From Dehalococcoidia bacterium (GTDB lineage: Bacteria > Chloroflexota > Dehalococcoidia > UBA2979): a stretch of 64,000 bases of DNA. Below are positions 41,077-51,579 of the stretch, one piece after another. The stretch is from assembly GCA_965262725.1 (NCBI GenBank), contig OZ253555.1, forward strand, positions 3,360,001 through 3,424,000, written 5' to 3'. The notes beneath the pieces are model-generated. The model was not told the DNA's origin and ran no database searches. It saw nothing but the letters and a program-made list of their open reading frames with translations. Both the position numbers and the translations under genes were made by a program. Positions within the stretch are counted from its first letter, which is position 1, and each line of letters starts with the position of its first letter.

Positions 41077-41121
41077 GGAGCCGATTGCCTGCGGCGCTCC
41101 GCGCCAGCAGGCAATCGCTCC
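41077..41121 (-). terminator. Long stem-loop downstream of the substrate-binding protein gene (mRNA-stabilising or attenuating)
   Basis: GGAGCCGATTGCCTGCGGCG..CGCCAGCAGGCAATCGCTCC imperfect inverted repeat; no U-tract. Confidence 0.55.
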
Positions 41122-41140
41122 GAGCAGATCGCCCCGAGAA

Positions 41141-42874
41141 CTACTTCGGGTACACGAACTCAAGATACTGGAGCGGGCCACGTCGCGGCGAGACCTGCTC
41201 CCATGACCCAACGTTCGGGCCAACACCCTGAGTGAGGTGGAGCGAGGCGATCGGGATCGTGGGGTATGACCTGTAGATCTCATCACCCAGCTCCCGCTCG
41301 AGCTGAATCTGCCGCTCGATATCAGTCTCCTTGTTGAGTTGCTCGCAGAAGACATCGAAGTACGGGAGCTCAGTGTGGGTGAGCGTCGCGAAAGTCGGTC
41401 CACCGTGGAGGCAGGCGTAGCGGGTCGGGCGGACGATCGGGCCGCCCTCGAAGGACCACGTCCAACCGCCTTCATCACCCGTCGTGCGGTCGCCGAGCAT
41501 ACTCCGCAGGCCCGGGCGATAGTCAGCCTGGTTCCGGATGACGTTGCAGCCGAGGTTCGCCTCCCACATCTGTGCCACAGCCTCACCGATGTCCGGGCCG
41601 TAGACCTGACCATTGATCAGCCAGATCTTGATGTCGAAGCAATCGGGGTATCCCGCGTCCGTCATCAGCTCCTTAGCCAGCTCGGGATCGAACGGATCTG
41701 GCGTCCAATCATCGTTCCACCACGGCAAGCCCGGCCTGATGAATGAGAAGCTCAGTGCACCCGGTTCGCCGTAGCCGAACAGAATCTTGTCGACGATCGC
41801 CTGGCGATCCACCGCGAGGCTGAGCGCCCTGCGAACCTGGATCGACCGCTCCGACATCGGATCCTCACCGGCCCACGGCAGTGATGGGTCGTAGTTGGGG
41901 CGAGTGGGGTACAGACCGCCGAACGCGATGAAGGGCTCAACCGCGTTCTGAGCGACCGCAATCCTGATTCCGGCGGCCTCGAGCTCACTCACCAATCGCG
42001 CCGGCACCTGCGCAATGTCTACCTCACCGGTGCGCAACATCGCGGTCCGGGTCGAGTCATCCTGAACGTTGAGGTAGACGATCTCGGCGTATCCGGGGGT
42101 CACCCTGTAGTGGTCCTCGACTGCCTTGACCGTCATGCTCACGCCGGGCACCTGCGAAACGAACTCGTATGGGCCCGCGTAGACCGGGTTGCGCGCGAAC
42201 TCGTCCTCGCCCACCTCCTCGAAGTAGGCCTTCGAGAATGGGCGCAGCGTCCGTCCCCCGTCGTCGGGTGACATCACACGAAAGACCTCGATCGGGTTCA
42301 TCGGGTTCGGTTGGTGGATGTTGAGTGTGAGGTCATCCACGACCACGAGGTTGTTCGGGTCCTTGCCGTAGAAGGCGGTGATGATCGACGTGTTGGCGTT
42401 GACCGACCCCTCCTTCAGGAACTCGGTCATTGTGAACTTGAGATCCTCGGCGGTTACTTCGCCGTAGCCCTTGTGGAACTTGATGCCCGACTTTATCTTG
42501 AAGACCCAGTCCACGCTTCCATCGGCGTTCTCGGTGCCTTCAAAACTCTCAAGAATGGCGCCGTTGGTCGGGGTATCGGTCTCCCAGTCCCACCAGACGA
42601 TCGGCTCGGCGATCACGGCCAGAGCGGCCTCGCCGGTGGCTGTACGCAGCAGGAAGCGTTCGCTGCCAAACCCCGCGATTACCGTAAGTGTACCCTCGGG
42701 CTCGCGGTCTCCAGCCGCCGCAGCCTGCGTCGGTGCGGCGGTAGTCGCTGGAGGCGCGTCGTCATCATCCCCGCAGGCGGCGGACACCACCACCAACGCC
42801 ACGATCACGCTCCATAGTGCAGCGCGCCGGAACCCCGTCCCTAGCCTCGTGCCAATCTCTGCTACACGTCCCAC
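41141..42874 (-). CDS. ABC transporter substrate-binding lipoprotein (family 5)
   Basis: GTG start after AGGAG; lipobox SAAC; GIKFH..VTAEDLKFT, GPYEF, VRRALSLAVDRQAIV, FDPELAKELM. Confidence 0.93.
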   Translation of the reverse strand: MGRVAEIGTRLGTGFRRAALWSVIVALVVVSAACGDDDDAPPATTAAPTQAAAAGDREPEGTLTVIAGFGSERFLLRTATGEAALAVIAEPIVWWDWETDTPTNGAILESFEGTENADGSVDWVFKIKSGIKFHKGYGEVTAEDLKFTMTEFLKEGSVNANTSIITAFYGKDPNNLVVVDDLTLNIHQPNPMNPIEVFRVMSPDDGGRTLRPFSKAYFEEVGEDEFARNPVYAGPYEFVSQVPGVSMTVKAVEDHYRVTPGYAEIVYLNVQDDSTRTAMLRTGEVDIAQVPARLVSELEAAGIRIAVAQNAVEPFIAFGGLYPTRPNYDPSLPWAGEDPMSERSIQVRRALSLAVDRQAIVDKILFGYGEPGALSFSFIRPGLPWWNDDWTPDPFDPELAKELMTDAGYPDCFDIKIWLINGQVYGPDIGEAVAQMWEANLGCNVIRNQADYRPGLRSMLGDRTTGDEGGWTWSFEGGPIVRPTRYACLHGGPTFATLTHTELPYFDVFCEQLNKETDIERQIQLERELGDEIYRSYPTIPIASLHLTQGVGPNVGSWEQVSPRRGPLQYLEFVYPK

Positions 42875-43069
42875 TTCAACAACTCCTAATCGCAGATCTA
42901 CGAGCCTTGGAATCTCGGGCGCGCGAGCCCGGCTGGGCACGTCCGTCCGCCCGGGAGCCTACAGTACCACGAGCGTCTTGTCGCGCACAGCGTTGCGGAA
43001 GGAAGCTAGGGACCGAAACGACTGCCCTGCCTTCGTCGCGACCCCCGATGCTCGGGAGCATCCCGCGAG

Positions 43070-43155
43070 TCGCGACCACACTTACTGTCTTCGGGTTCCA
43101 CGTGCCCGGCGACGCGCTCCGCGACGTGCTTGATCCACGGCTGCGTGGAGCCTGA
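43070..43155 (+). pseudogene. C-terminal remnant of a DppC-like permease
   Basis: TLTVFGFHVPGDALRDVLDPRLRGA* resembles the DppC C-terminal motif. Confidence 0.6.
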
Positions 43156-43268
43156 TCGCGGGGTCGGCCGCGTTCGCGGGTGGCCGGGCGGGCTACCCCC
43201 TAGCTCTGCGATGACCGACCAGATATCTGGCCGCCCCATCCGGTGGGCGATGCTGTCCGTCGCCGTCG

Positions 43269-44429
43269 TCAGTACGAGCGCGGCAAGCCGAGTACATGCT
43301 GGCCGAGATAGGCCAGGATCAGGTTGTTGTTGACCGGCGCAATTGACCACAGGCGCGTTTCACGGAACTTCCGCTCCACATCGTTATCGACGTCGAAGCC
43401 AGCGCCGCCAAAGGTGTCCAAGCAAACATTCGCGGCCTGCCATGCGGCCTTCGAAGCGAGCAACTTCGCCATATTCGCCTCCGGGCCGCAACTTTCGCCC
43501 CGGTCGAACTTCTCCGAGGCCCGGTAGCGCACGAGGTCTGCCGCCTCCAGGTCAGCATGGGCCGCTGCGATCGGGAACTGTACCCCCTGATTCGCTCCGA
43601 TCGGCCTCCCGAACACAACCCGATCGCTCGCATAGCGAACGGCCCGATCGATGAACCAGCGACCGTCTCCGAGCGCCTCAGCGGCGATCAAGATCCGCTC
43701 CGCATTCCACGAGTCGATGACGTACCTGAATCCTTCGCCCTCGTCGCCGATCAGGTTGTCCCGCGGCACCACCAAGTCATCGAAAAAGAGTGCGTTCGTG
43801 TGCTGATTGATCATGAGCCTGAGCGGCTGGACGTTTATCGCGGAGGTCTGCTCGGCAAGGTCCACTACGAAGGCGGAGAGACCCCGCGTCTTGTCGTCTA
43901 GGTCGGTGTAGGGTGTCGTGCGGGCCAGCAATACCATCAGATCTGATTGCATCACGCGCGAGATGAAGACCTTCTGCCCGTTGATCCGGTAGCTGTCGCC
44001 GTCGCGCACGGCCGTGGTCGCGATGCGCGTCGTCTCCGAACCCGCCTCCGGCTCCGTCACCCCGAAAGCCTGTAGCCGGAGCTCCCCGCTCGCGATCCGT
44101 GGCAGGTAACGCTCCTTCAGCGCGCTGCTGCCGTGTCTCAACAGAATTCCCATGGTGTACATCTGGCCATGGCACGCCGACGAGTTCCCTCCGGATCGAT
44201 TGACCTCCTCGAGGATCACGCTGGCCTCGGTCAGGCTCAGGCCGGCTCCGCCGAACTCCGTCGGAATGAGCGCCGACAACCAGCCCAGCTCGGTCAGCTC
44301 ATCGACGAAGGCCGTGGGATACTCGCGCTCCCGATCCAGCTCGCGCCAGTAAGACGACGGATACTTGCGGCAGACCTCGCGGATCGCACGGCGTATCGCC
44401 TCGACGCTTGCCTCGTGTCCGGTGACCAT
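43269..44429 (-). CDS. Acyl-CoA dehydrogenase
   Basis: FGVTEPEAGS, INGQKVFIS, RVVFGRPIGANQGVQ, FGGAGF and ERKFRE motifs. Confidence 0.93.
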   Translation of the reverse strand: MVTGHEASVEAIRRAIREVCRKYPSSYWRELDREREYPTAFVDELTELGWLSALIPTEFGGAGLSLTEASVILEEVNRSGGNSSACHGQMYTMGILLRHGSSALKERYLPRIASGELRLQAFGVTEPEAGSETTRIATTAVRDGDSYRINGQKVFISRVMQSDLMVLLARTTPYTDLDDKTRGLSAFVVDLAEQTSAINVQPLRLMINQHTNALFFDDLVVPRDNLIGDEGEGFRYVIDSWNAERILIAAEALGDGRWFIDRAVRYASDRVVFGRPIGANQGVQFPIAAAHADLEAADLVRYRASEKFDRGESCGPEANMAKLLASKAAWQAANVCLDTFGGAGFDVDNDVERKFRETRLWSIAPVNNNLILAYLGQHVLGLPRSY

Positions 44430-44450
44430 TGCTGACTCCAGTACGACCGC

Positions 44451-45100
44451 CTACATGCCGAGTCGCCGCTTCGCATCCCCGTCCGCCACGAGCGCCCGCT
44501 CGTCGTGGCTGAGCGGCAGCGGGCGCGTCACGCGCGGATACACGTTATTCTTCGGGTACGCGGGCCAAAGCCGCGAGTCATCGACATAGCTCGCAAGTGC
44601 CAACGGGACGATCGACACGCCGACCGCGCTCTTGCTTGTGCCCGTCCTCGATCTCCGCGACCACCGCCTCCACGCCCCTAAGCGCGGGAGCGACACCGAG
44701 AAAGTGTGGCGCCTCGCTGGGCGCTGATCCCGACGGCCCCTTCGTTGTCGTCGATCATCCGCTGAGCCATCAACTGCTGGATCTCCCGCTCGACTGCCAC
44801 GCGCTGCGTCAGATCGGACGGCAACTCCCGCTTGCCGATGCGCGTCTCGAGCAGGAAGCGGGTCGACGTGTACACCAGCATCACACTGTGGCTGGTGCCG
44901 GTACGGTCCATCACCGAGCAAGTCATCGACCGTGCCGCTGCGGGCCGCCTCCGCGTGGGCAATCGACCGCTGCCAGTTGGGACCCCACTTCGCGCTGGCG
45001 ACCGGGTGAATGTGGATGAACTCAGGATCTGCCATCCTGGCTGCTCCTGCCCGTACGGCCGGGGTATGGATCCTGGTGCGAATATACACGGCGGAGCAGC
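44451..45100 (-). pseudogene. Degraded gene, possibly amidohydrolase-like
   Basis: Fragmented frames; C-terminus LPLSHDERALVADGDAKRRLGM and FIHIHP resemble amidohydrolase_2 motifs. Confidence 0.3.
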
Positions 45101-45456
45101 GAGTCGAACCGCCCGCCCCGCATCGCTAGGCTTCCCCCGGTTCGGCAGCTGAATCAAATGGAGCGGAAAGAACTGCCGGATGTTCACCTCCGCTATCCAG
45201 TTGACGTCGCGAACCGCGGTCCGAGCGGCGCCAGCGCGACCGGGCGCCTGAGACCGCGAAGCCCAGTGCTGATCGATCATGTCCACAGCGAGCCTCAGCG
45301 ATTGGGAACGGACTACCCGGGACGAGCCGCGTCCAGACGACAAACAACAGGACGGCGGCCGTCATGCGTGCCGCGTTACCCCTCCTGGTCGCATTCCGGG
45401 TGAGGAGCTCCGTTCTCCGCAACGGGGTCAGGACCTCGAGGTGATTGTGTCCAGTC

Positions 45457-45487
45457 TGGTGGACCTGAGGGGGCTCGAACCCCTGAC
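45457..45487 (-). tRNA. 3' fragment of a tRNA (probably Ala), probable att site
   Basis: GTCAGGGGTTCGAGCCCCCTCAGGTCCACCA contains a T-arm, a 3' acceptor strand with U70 and A73, and CCA; the rest is absent. Confidence 0.75.
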
Positions 45488-45499
45488 GGTGTCACCCGG

Positions 45500-45716
45500 C
45501 AACGTGCAGTTCGTGCACATCGAGCCGTTCATCCTTGAGGCGGTGCGCACCGATGCCCTCCTCGTCCCCACCCCGCTCATGCGTGATTGGCAGTTGCAGA
45601 CCGGGCCCTGGCTGTTCATCGTCGGCCGTGGCGGCGCCGTCACCGCCACCTTCGAGGGCGTCGCCTCGCCCGAGGAGGTCCGCGGCGCCCTCGTCGCAGC
45701 CATCAACTCGCGGTAG
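45500..45716 (+). pseudogene. C-terminal fragment of a thioredoxin-like protein
   Basis: VQFVHIEPF..WQLQTGPWLFIVGRGGAVTATFEG..EEVRGAL; 5' end cut at the tRNA fragment. Confidence 0.5.
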
Positions 45717-45799
45717 AGCCGCCGCACGCTCCCGGCACGCCGTCGGGGCCAGCCTGCGTCCCCACCGCGAATCGCGAGCGAGGGGTCAGGAGACGGACC

Positions 45800-46138
45800 A
45801 TGGACATCAACGCGAAGCGTGACGGGACGACCGTCATCGCCCGGCCTGCAGGGCGTCTGGACAGCTTCACCGCGGGCGAGTTCCAAGAGGCCGTGGAGGC
45901 GGCGATGGAGGACACTGACCGCGCCCTGATCCTGGACTTCCAGGACGTCCCCTACATCAGCAGCGCCGGGCTGCTCGTGATCCTGGTCACGGCACGGACC
46001 CTCCAGGGAAACGGCGGTGCGCTGGCGCTCTGCTCGCTCGCTACGCCCGTCCGCGACGTATTCGCGATCAGCGGCTTCGACGCCATCATCCCGATCCACA
46101 CCTCCTGCAACGATGCCCTGGCTGCGGTTGCGGGCTAG
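45800..46138 (+). CDS. STAS-domain anti-sigma-factor antagonist
   Basis: GRLD, LILDFQDVPYISSAGL, VRDVFAISGF; AGGAG RBS. Confidence 0.92.
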   Translation: MDINAKRDGTTVIARPAGRLDSFTAGEFQEAVEAAMEDTDRALILDFQDVPYISSAGLLVILVTARTLQGNGGALALCSLATPVRDVFAISGFDAIIPIHTSCNDALAAVAG

Positions 46139-46471
46139 CTCGCGCGGTCAGGACACCGGCGCATGCGTGGTCCGCGGGGCTCTCCCTCGACGCACGCACC
46201 GGCGAGGAGTCAGGCCGCCATATCCGCATCGCCACGGATTCGAAGGAAGAGATCTGTCACTTCTCTACGGGTCGATTCTTCATCGACCGATCGGCGTTCA
46301 GGACGACCGGGCGAGTCCCGCTGGATGGTGTCGGCACCCGCCCGCCGTGGATGTACTGTTCGCTCGCGCCGCCGCCGAAGTGTTGTTCGATCCGATCGTC
46401 GCACGCGTTCGGAGCGCGCAGCGGCGCGGGCAGCTCGTCGTTGTTCCGGAACAGCAAACCGCAGGCGCCGC

Positions 46472-47670
46472 TCAGGACTCGATCAACCCCTCCTGTGGCG
46501 AGGTCCAAGGCAGGGCGTAGAGCGGGGCGATCTGCGGGGCACGCGGGATCGGCAGGTCGCCGAAGGGGACGTCGATGACCACCGGCGCATTGCGTGCCAG
46601 CGCGGCGGGGAGGAGTGTCTTCAGCTCCATCGGGTCGCCCGCCCTCATGCCAACCGCACCGAAGGACTCGGCGAACTTGACCAAGTCCGGGTTGTGCAGG
46701 TCGGTCCCGTAGGTTCCGCCGAACAGCTCGTGCAGGTCGCGGGCGACGTTGCCGTATGAGTCGTTTCGGAACACGACGGTGGTGACGTTGATCCCGTGCT
46801 GGACTGCCGTGGCGAGCTCGAAGGCGTTGAAGAGGAAGCCGCCGTCGCCAACCATGCAGACCACCGGGCGATCGGGCTTCGCCACCTTGACGCCCAACGC
46901 CGTCGGAAACGAGTAGCCGACGTTGAACTGGTAGCCGGAATCGATGTACGTCTTCGGGTGGTTCACCTTGTAGTGCGTACGGGCGTAGTAGCCGAACTGG
47001 GTCACGTCCCAGACGATGAAAGCATCCTCCGGAATGCTGCCCTGGATCGCCTCCAGGACCGGGTACTGCGGCTCCTTGAGCCTGATGTCGTAGTAGGCAA
47101 TCAGGCTGCGCGCCGCGCTGACCGCCTCGGCGGGCGACGGGCGCTCGCCCGCACCGGCTTCGTCGAGGTGGGGAAGCATCGCTTCGATGGTCGCCCGGGC
47201 GTCCCCGTGCAGCGGGAGGGTGTTGGACTGGATCCGCATCAGCTCGCTGTCGTCCACGTTGATGTTGACCAGCGTGGACGCGTTGCCCGCCGGGTTGCCG
47301 AGCGAGAACCGGGCGCCGATTCCGATCACGACGTCGGCGGACTGCATCACGTCGAACAACTGGTTCATCTCCTGCCGCTCGCCGCGGGGGCTGAAGCATG
47401 AGCCGTATGAGAGCGGATGATTGTCCGGAATGGTCCCCTTGCCACCGCTGGACGTGACCACGGGGATGTGCGTCGCCTCGACCAGCCTGACGAGGGCATC
47501 TTCGGCGTTCGATCGCGCCACGCCGCCGCCGGCGTAGATCAGGGGCAGACGCGCCGCGGCGATGACGCGGGCCGCCTCCCTGAGCTGGTCCGGGCTCGGG
47601 ACGATCGGCGACACGGGTGCCGGATCCCACAGTTCGACTTCCTCCCGTTCGACGCCGGCCTCGGGCGGCA
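46472..47670 (-). pseudogene. TPP-dependent enzyme (acetolactate-synthase-like), N-terminal domain missing
   Basis: PLIYAGGG, GKG, TPP motif GDGGFLFN..NDSYGNV; no N-terminal TPP domain upstream. Confidence 0.8.
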
Positions 47671-48232
47671 TCTCGGATAAGGGACGGGAGCGGTACGAGC
47701 CGTCGGCAGTGGCGTTCACCCCGAAGGGTTCCCCGACGGCGCCCCACCCCCAGCGGGCGCCTGGCGCGTCTAACCCTCGGATCGGACGGATCCATGGCAC
47801 CCGGACGACTGGTCGGGCCGCGATCTCATCATCGAGATTTCGATGTTCGAGGGTCGTTCCTCCGCATCGAGTCTGCCCTATTCGACTTCTCGACGAGAGA
47901 GTCGATCGAGGCCTGTAGATTGCCAGGACCGTTGAGATAACGACACCTGAGTCTACGGCGAATAAGTGCAGTATCTGTGGAAGGATCGGGACCGAACGTG
48001 ACCTGCCCTACCGAGCAGATGTGTAAGGTGGATCTGCCGGAGACCCGCGCCGCCAAGAGTGAGCACTGGAGCGGGTCGGAGCCCGGATGGGCGGGCACTG
48101 GCCCGAGCACGCTCCGCGACCGGTCACCTTTCCGCCGGGTGCTCCGGTGAAGTGAGACGAGCGCGGATCGGTCGCGATGCGAATCCTCCCCGCCCGCACG
48201 CACGGCCGCTTCGCGCAGGGAAGGAGCTAACG

Positions 48233-48778
48233 GTGGCAACGGAGAACGAAATCCGGGACCTCGTGAAGAAGATGCAGTCCGAGCGCTCTACCCTGCTCGG
48301 GCTCATCGAGGGAATGGACGAGGGGGCGGCCGAGCACCGGCCACCGGAGGCCGACGGCGAGGCCGGCTGGTCGGTGAAGGAGCAACTCGCTCACCTCGCG
48401 CAGATGGAGACGACCTACCGCGCGTGGGTCGAGCGTGCTCTGGCCGAGGAGCGCCCGAACCTTGACGACGGCACCTCCCCCGACCCGGTCGCTCACCCGC
48501 TCGAACGAGCCCACGAAGCGAGCGTGGCCGACCACGCGGCCGAGCTCCGGCTCCAGCGCGAGCGCACGCTCGGCACGATCGGCCGGATCGACCCGGAGGC
48601 GTTCGAGCGGACCGCCGTATCCCCGCTCTTCGGTGAGTTGGCCGTGATGCAGTGGCTCCGCTCCTACTATCGGCACGACCGCATGCACCAGGCCCAGATC
48701 GAGGGACGACAGTCGGACTACCGGCCGCGCTTCACCGATGGCGTCGAGCCGGACCAGCGGATCGCCCGTGACCGCTAG
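48233..48778 (+). CDS. DinB/YfiT family protein
   Basis: GWSVKEQLAHLA and HDRMH metal His motifs; AAGGAG RBS. Confidence 0.88.
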   Translation: MATENEIRDLVKKMQSERSTLLGLIEGMDEGAAEHRPPEADGEAGWSVKEQLAHLAQMETTYRAWVERALAEERPNLDDGTSPDPVAHPLERAHEASVADHAAELRLQRERTLGTIGRIDPEAFERTAVSPLFGELAVMQWLRSYYRHDRMHQAQIEGRQSDYRPRFTDGVEPDQRIARDR

Positions 48779-48859
48779 CAGCGACCCACCGGCGCCGGCG
48801 CGAACGGAACGATGAAGCGACCCATCACGTGCGCGTCGAGCGCCCGAGGGTCGCGAGGG

Positions 48860-49210
48860 AGATCACCGGTTCGCGGAAGTACGCCAGGGCGTAGCTCTCC
48901 CGCGATCCTGGTGACCGCCGCTCCGTAGAGAAGGATCAGCCCTCGAGATGCGCCCACATCATCAGGACGACGGCGGAGGTGATCGGCCCGTCGACCGCGC
49001 TCGCATGTGGCCAGGCTGGTGAAGCAGAAGAACAATTGCTTCCCCGCTTCGACGAGAACGAGGGCGACCATCGCGCCGAGCGCGGCGCCCCCACACGTGG
49101 ACGTGTGGAAGTCGGCGGTAGACGATCGCGACCACCGCCGCGGTGAGCACGGGCGACGCGGTCGACACGGCGCCAACCAGGAGAAAGGCGACCGTCGACG
49201 CACCTTCGGT
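48860..49210 (-). pseudogene. YihY/BrkB family membrane protein remnant
   Basis: Frameshifted pieces AIVYRRLPHVHV, GAMVALVLVEAGKQLF, VVLMMW and LILLYGA. Confidence 0.65.
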
Positions 49211-49343
49211 CGGCGAGGTCGCCGACTCCAGGACGCACTCCTCCGGCTGCGCCGTCACCTGCGGGTTAGGTAGCAGCCCACCCTCGGCCACGGAGGCCGG
49301 CTGATGCCGATGCCACCGGACGGGCACGCCCGGCTGCCCGTCT

Positions 49344-49742
49344 CTAGCCCAGGCGGCCCATCGCGCGGGCGGGCACGATCCGCATCGCCACCGAGCCGCG
49401 CTCGTCGAGTTCGCGATCGAGCGCGGAATCATCGTCCGAGGCCGGACTCCGGCTCCGGGCGAGGGCGCGCCGGATCGCCCCTCGCCGCTCGGCCCCACCG
49501 TCGAGGATCTCTGCCCGTCCATAGACCGTGAGGTAGCGCCCGCCGTCCTGGACCAGCAGCGAGACGTCGGCGCGGCGGCCGACATTTTGCGCCTTGGCGC
49601 TGCTTATGCCCGTCTGGAGCACGATGTCGGTCCCGTCGAAGTCGTAGGCGATCAGGGACTGCTGCGGTGAGCCATCACGCCGCCCCGTCGCGAGCGACGC
49701 GAAGCGGCACTCCCGCAGGAAGTCCACCTGCTCGGGTGTCAC
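49344..49742 (-). CDS. PPOX-class (probably F420-dependent) split-barrel oxidoreductase
   Basis: FL....ASLAT.RRDGSPQ.S, SAKAQNV.R..DVSLLV, YLTVYGRAEI. Confidence 0.85.
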   Translation of the reverse strand: MTPEQVDFLRECRFASLATGRRDGSPQQSLIAYDFDGTDIVLQTGISSAKAQNVGRRADVSLLVQDGGRYLTVYGRAEILDGGAERRGAIRRALARSRSPASDDDSALDRELDERGSVAMRIVPARAMGRLG

Positions 49743-49847
49743 CGGCGCCCCCTTCTGGCGGCGACAGTGTCGCACGGAGCGGCGCCACCCGGTGGACGCA
49801 CCGTTACGATGCGACGGCCTGAGGCGGAGGCCGAGCGAGGGGTGCCC

Positions 49848-50987
49848 ATGACCGAGTACGTGCCGGGGAACTTCATGTGGTCCCAGGGCGTCATGTTCGC
49901 GATGGAGATGATGACCTGGGGAGGGGCGGCCGCCGGCGAGGTGCTCGGCGTGGTGGAGCGGCTCCTGCGCCGCGAGCCGGAAAACCGGGCGTGGTGGGAG
50001 GAGTGGAGCGCGGAGGCCGAGCGCCTCGAGCGCTGGGGCGACTCCGAGGCCGCCGCCGGCCACGAGCTCACCGCAGGCAGCCTCTACCTCCGAGCCGCGA
50101 CGTACTACTTCTGCGGTGAGCGCTTCCTCCCGCCGGGCGAGGAGAAACGCGCCTCTTACGAGCGCGTGCTGCACTGCTTCGCGCAGGGGACGGCCGCCCG
50201 TTACCCGAACCTCGCGCGGGTCGAGGTGCCGTACCAGGAGACGACTCTTCCGGCCTACTTCCTTCGCTCCGAGGTAGCGGGCGACGAGCCGGCGCCCGCG
50301 ATGGTCGTCTTCGACGGTCTCGACAACGCGAAGGAGCTCTCCGTCTTCTTCGCAGGGGTCGAGCTGGCGCGCCGCGGGATTCACACGCTTGCCATCGACG
50401 GGCCGGGGCAGGGAGAGACGCTCCGCCTCCGCGGCATCCCCAGCCGCTTCGACTATGAGGTGCCGGGCACGGCCGCCTTCGAGTACGTCGCCGCCCGGCC
50501 GGAGGTGGACCGCGAGCGCGTGGGGGTGATGGGATTCAGCCTGGGCGGCTACTACGCGCCGCGGGCCGCCACGTTCGAGAAGCGCTACGCCCTCTGCGTG
50601 GCGTGGGGCGGCCACTTCGACTACCACGAGGCGTGGACCGAGCGGCGCAGGCGCATCGAGTCGAGCGACTCCCGCGTCTCGGCGCCGGCCTTTCAACTCC
50701 CCTGGGTTCTGGGCGTCGATGACATGGATGCGGCGATGCGAGTGCTGGAGGACTTCCGCCTCGACGGAGTCGTGCAGCGCCTCGATCGGCCGCTACTCGT
50801 CACGCACGGTGAGGACGACACGGTCGTGCCGCTCCGCTTCGCGCATCGGCTGTACGAAGCGGCCGGCTCGGAGGTGAAGGAGCTGCGCGTCTTCACCGCC
50901 GCCGAGGGCGGCAACGAGCACTGCCAGGAGGACAACCGGCAGATCGGGGCGAACTTCGTCGCAGACTGGATCGCCGACCACATCTAG
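49848..50987 (+). CDS. FrsA/DHPON-hydrolase-like alpha/beta hydrolase
   Basis: YLRAATYY, VEVPY, GLDNAKE, DGPGQGE, GFSLGGYYAPRAA and GGNEHCQ motifs. Confidence 0.88.
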   Translation: MTEYVPGNFMWSQGVMFAMEMMTWGGAAAGEVLGVVERLLRREPENRAWWEEWSAEAERLERWGDSEAAAGHELTAGSLYLRAATYYFCGERFLPPGEEKRASYERVLHCFAQGTAARYPNLARVEVPYQETTLPAYFLRSEVAGDEPAPAMVVFDGLDNAKELSVFFAGVELARRGIHTLAIDGPGQGETLRLRGIPSRFDYEVPGTAAFEYVAARPEVDRERVGVMGFSLGGYYAPRAATFEKRYALCVAWGGHFDYHEAWTERRRRIESSDSRVSAPAFQLPWVLGVDDMDAAMRVLEDFRLDGVVQRLDRPLLVTHGEDDTVVPLRFAHRLYEAAGSEVKELRVFTAAEGGNEHCQEDNRQIGANFVADWIADHI

Positions 50988-51026
50988 GTCGACGGCACGC
51001 AGCCCGGCGACCGGCCCCGGTGCACG

Positions 51027-51557
51027 CTACTCTGCGACGGTGGCCGAGTCGGCGCTCACCAGCACGAACGAGATCGCGCAGGGCTCCGTGCCGGGATTCG
51101 ACCACGCGTGGACGGTGCCGCGCTGGACGATGCAGTCCCCCGCTCGGAGACGGACCGTCCCCGTCTCGAGGTGCAGGTCGATCTCACCCGAGAGCACGAC
51201 CGCGAAGTCGATGCTGTGGGTCGCGTGCCAGCCCGATCGATAGTCGCGCATCGCGCCGCCGTCATCGAAGCGGCTCCTCGCGCCGTCGATCTGCTCGTCC
51301 GTGAGACCCTGCACCTCGTATGCCGGCGCGAAGGTGACGATGCGCCATTTCACGCCTCCCGGTGCGGGCGCGAGGACGGCGCGATCGACGGCGGCCGGAT
51401 CGGAACCACCGCTCAGCGGAGGCGGCAGCGCCTCGGCGGCCCACATCTCATCGTAGGTGGCGCGCCCGAGTTCAAGATGCCCCGGCGTCGGCCCGTCCGC
51501 CGACACGCTGGAGCGGCCCACGTCGTCCACGCCCGTCACCACTCGCCTGACGCTCAT
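51027..51557 (-). CDS. Cupin domain protein
   Basis: VRRVVTG, HATHSIDFAVVLSGEI, GDCIVQRGTVHAWSN. Confidence 0.9.
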   Translation of the reverse strand: MSVRRVVTGVDDVGRSSVSADGPTPGHLELGRATYDEMWAAEALPPPLSGGSDPAAVDRAVLAPAPGGVKWRIVTFAPAYEVQGLTDEQIDGARSRFDDGGAMRDYRSGWHATHSIDFAVVLSGEIDLHLETGTVRLRAGDCIVQRGTVHAWSNPGTEPCAISFVLVSADSATVAE

Positions 51558-51579
51558 CCGTCCCCCCGCCCCGCGTCTC

